Both the position numbers and the translations under genes were made by a program. The notes under the pieces were generated by a model. It saw only the letters and a program-made list of their open reading frames with translations, had not been told where the DNA came from and searched no databases. 64,000 nucleotides of DNA, from contig NC_083435.1 of NCBI RefSeq assembly GCF_020745735.1, forward strand, positions 15,933,231 to 15,997,230, written 5' to 3'. The stretch comes from Hemiscyllium ocellatum (lineage: Eukaryota). This document shows positions 60,523 through 64,000 of the stretch, one piece after another (the first letter of the stretch is position 1; the number at the start of each line of letters is the position of its first letter).

Positions 60523-62219
60523 TATTAAAAAGAGCAATTAGGAGTACTTGCAGCCAATTAAGGCCTGTTTCATCCCCTCACTTTCTAAGCTGGCCTTTGA
60601 AAGTAACATTGGCTCTTTCTACAATTCCCACTATTTGGGTACAGTTGGCATAATGGAATTTCTGATTCATATTCAATCTCTTACATATTGATTTGTTTAG
60701 CTCCACACAGATATAGAAGCCTTTATCAGAAGAGACCGTTACTGGTATTCCAAACCTGGGTATGATTTCCCTTAGTAGAAATTTACAGGTAGTTTTTGCT
60801 GTGCAGTCAGTACAGGGATAAGCTTCAATCCATCTACTAAATACATCAATAATCACTAAGCAATACTCACAAGGATCTTACTCACATCAATTGCACAGAC
60901 CGCTGCTTAATAGAGGAAGGCAATAATCCAATCTGACCTATTAGATTCACCTGGATGCATAAGCATGAGTTATTCCATTGGGTATGGTTATTCCATTGTA
61001 AAATTTCTAAAACTTACTCAGTTTTTCAGGGGAAATAGCACATTCTAAGAGATTAAGTCTTGGGAGGCCTCTCTGTAAATGGTCCTAATCCTATTAATAA
61101 AATGAACAAATCCTTAGGAATTATTTTCATAGTCTGGAGCCTTATTGATGATGCCAGAGAGTTTGTGATGCTTCCAAGGTTGATAAAGATTTAACAAATG
61201 GATTTTGTCCCTGATTCTGGGCAAATGGGTTTGGGACTCTTCTCCTCAGGAAATTTCCCCTTGGCCATTTTATATCAGGGTGAGTGCAAGGACTAACATT
61301 GACGCCCTTAAATATTGATTGTAATTCATTAATGTCTTTAGGACTCATTTGTGGTGGGGAAGTGGCACTCAAAGGTACATTCTCAGGGTTCCCTTCATGT
61401 CTTAATTTTAGTTGATTCCTAGTGCGGGTGGCAATGGGATTATGGTAACTTTTATTATCTGAATTCTCATTATGCTGGACAGGAGAGGCAAATGAGGAGA
61501 AAAGAGTATGGGCTTTGGCACGTTTGTCCTCAGAAAGGAAGGGGGGTTCAGGGGCTTTTGTTTCATAACATGTGTTTATTTTGTTCATACTACGGGTGGG
61601 TTTCATGGATGTCCCTGTTGGGGAACCAGAAGAGGTCAGTTAACAGGGAGGAGATCTCCTCTTCTGAATCCGATTCAAATTCCTTGCCCGCCGGAGAACT
61701 CTTGTCCTCTAATAATGGGCCTTTGGGATAGGGGGATATAAGGAGTTGTCCTTGTTGTCCGTCTGGTCTAGCACGGCTGCAGCTGCAGTCTGATTTTTAT
61801 TTACCGGTTTCCCTCTTCTTTGGGACCCCTTGAAATGTCAGATTAGGTTGGAGTTCTCTGTCTTTATTTTTGCGATTTTTTTTTCTCCAGCCAACTCCAA
61901 TTCTGTTTCTAAATCACGTGCTTCATTTTTTTTTTGTTCTGTCCAATCTAATTCAAATCCTTCCTCAGTTAATGGACTGATACTCCCTTTAGTACAGTTT
62001 TGTCTCCATGATGGCTGTATAGATTTTTCCCATTTCTCTTGAACTATACTTTTCCACACTGATATGGCTTCTTTCTTTTTACTCCCACAATCTTTTTTCC
62101 ACATCTCTTGTTCAACTTCCATGAGTAGATTTAGATCCTGTGTGCCTCCCAGAGGCCAGTCCTTATTCTGTTGGGCAGCTGCACTCTGAACTGCTTCATA
62201 ATGAGAAACAGTGGTCATT

Positions 62220-64000
62220 GTCTCCCTTCTGCTTACTCACTCTACTCTCCCGACCATCACCTCTCCCACTCCCTCTCTGCCCTCCTGCTCACTCTCCATT
62301 CACTCTTCCCTCTCATTCACTGTCCCCTCTAGCTCAGCTTCCCATCCTAGTCACCCTCCCCTCAACTCATTCTCCTCCTGGTTTGTACCTCCATTTAAGA
62401 TTCCCTCACTCCCATCTCACATTCACTCTCCCCCAATCCATTCCTCCATAATCGCTCTGCCATGATTACCCCCACCCCTGACTCTCTCATCCCTTTTAAT
62501 CTTGCCTCTTCACACTCTCCTTCCCCTTCACTCTCACCTCCAATTCTCTTCCCCTCCACCTCATCCTCAAATTCACTCAACTTCTCCACATTCCACCGAC
62601 TTCCTCAACTTCCGAGACCCCACTGCCTCCTTCCTTTTAAACACCTAACCTGCACTCCCCTCATCTTTACTCTCCACTCCCCCTCACAGACTCTGCCTCA
62701 TCCTCCAATTCACTCACCTCCAGAATCCCCACAAAACATTATTTTGTTAACCTCTCACTTCTACGTATGTATGAATTCCCTGTACTCTTAACACTTCACT
62801 CCCCCTGATATACCTTGTCCCTCCCTGTCACTCACTCCCCTCTCCCACTCACTCAGCCCTCTCATGACCAAAAGGAACCTATATTTCTCCCCTCCAGCTC
62901 AGCCATCCCTTCCTCCTCACTCTCACTCACCACATCTCCATCCCTCAACCCTCCCACTCACTCTCCTGATCTCTAAAACTCAAATGTCCACTTATTTTGC
63001 AGACCTCTTGTCCTCACCCTTCCTTTCTATCCTCTTATTCGCTCTCCACTACTCCATCTCAAAAAGTCCCCTCCCCTCACAAAACCTCCACATGCTCTCT
63101 CACTTCTTACATAGTTTCCAATCATTTCCTCTTCCATCACATTCCCTATCTCTTCACTGTCCCATTCCCTGCCCTCAAGTTAAAAACCTCCTACTCATTT
63201 CCTCCCAATCTCCATCATGCTCCCCTACTCCTTCCCCAAACTCTCCCTTATAAATGCAACCTCACCCCACCCTCCCTCACTCTCCCCACTCCCTTGTTGT
63301 CCATCACTCCTTCCTCCTCTCACCATCCCAATTCCCACCCACTCACATCACCTCACTCTCCCTTTCCTCTTGCATTAACCAACTTTACACATCCTGTCCC
63401 CTCTTGACCCAATCACCCTTTCCCCTCACCCTCATGTTCCTTTTATCTTGTTACCGCACTTCTCTCCGTGCTCTCTTCCCCATAACTCTTCTGTTCTTTC
63501 ATTCTCCCCTTGCTCTTCCTCTCCCTTAAATGTTTCATCATGCTCAATCTCCTACTCACTCTCCCCTCCTAATTTGTCTCTTTCTCCTGGACCTAGCCAT
63601 CTGCCCTTCCATTTCACACCCCTTCCCTCTCGCTCAGTCTCTCCTCTCCCTCACGCCTCCCTCCCCCCACTCCACCCTGTCCATACTGTTTACTCTCACT
63701 AACCCCTTTACTCTCTCCCACCTCTCCCATACCCCTCACTCTTCCCGTCGCTCTCCTGACCCCCTCAAGGCCCCCACAATCTGACACTCCCCTGTACTGT
63801 CCCATATCCCCTTGTTCTCCCCTCACTCTCCTTCCCCACCCCTGAGTGGTTCATCTCCCTCCACTTCTGACACACTCTCTGCCCCTCGCTCTCGCCTCAC
63901 CTTTTGCTTCAGTTTACTCTCCCCAGTGCACTCTAATCTGTGCCACTACCATCACACTTGCCATCCCCACAATTTCCCCTTCTTCTCCCCACTCCACCTG
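62220..64000 (+). repeat. Long pyrimidine-rich low-complexity tract
   Basis: About 1.8 kb strongly G-depleted sequence without a clear period. Confidence 0.85.

Larger units (their letters stand above)
55887..62218 (-). mobile_element. Endogenous retrovirus remnant (gag piece, integrase piece, decayed env, putative 3' LTR)
   Basis: gag-like WPLGGTQD (61838-62218); integrase IIDVFSRWIEAYP...IPRFGIPVTVSSDKG...VERAN (60578-60880); env TM with WWLRLMGGLIPG and LQN*LV*DVLLAKGGG.CSVIGPQCS (about 57630-57900); G-rich PPT at 57101-57114, LTR from 57097 with TATAAA (56181-56186) and AATAAA (56025-56030) on - strand. Confidence 0.85.

Overview
Repeat-rich eukaryotic DNA, most likely from a cartilaginous fish (shark): it carries many HE1/V-type tRNA-derived SINEs, CR1 LINEs and Penelope-like elements (PLEs). 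The host content is a tandem immune-gene array. Two paralogous + strand TRIM genes (RING-B-box-coiled-coil, exon sizes 411/96/234/23/116 nt) start about 24.5 kb apart. Copy B (41048-43882) is intact as far as it can be seen. Copy A (16497-19158) has lost RING and B-box zinc ligands and the exon-2 acceptor but keeps its frame. An orphan, decayed PRY/SPRY (B30.2) exon lies on the - strand (14176-14590). A decayed butyrophilin/B7-type IgV exon, absent from the ORF track, lies downstream of copy A (28493-28853). The rest is nested mobile DNA: a decayed L1 ORF2, a near full-length CR1, two endogenous retrovirus remnants, and Neptune- and Poseidon-type PLEs. The most striking hidden signal is more than 15 minimal type-I hammerhead ribozyme motifs (CTGANGA-stem II-GAAA-CG/GC-TH). 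Some end PLEs; others form free-standing 100-235 bp non-coding insertions with 12-14 bp target-site duplications, three of them fold-backs with oppositely oriented ribozyme copies. All calls come from reading the sequence by eye; repeat boundaries are approximate.
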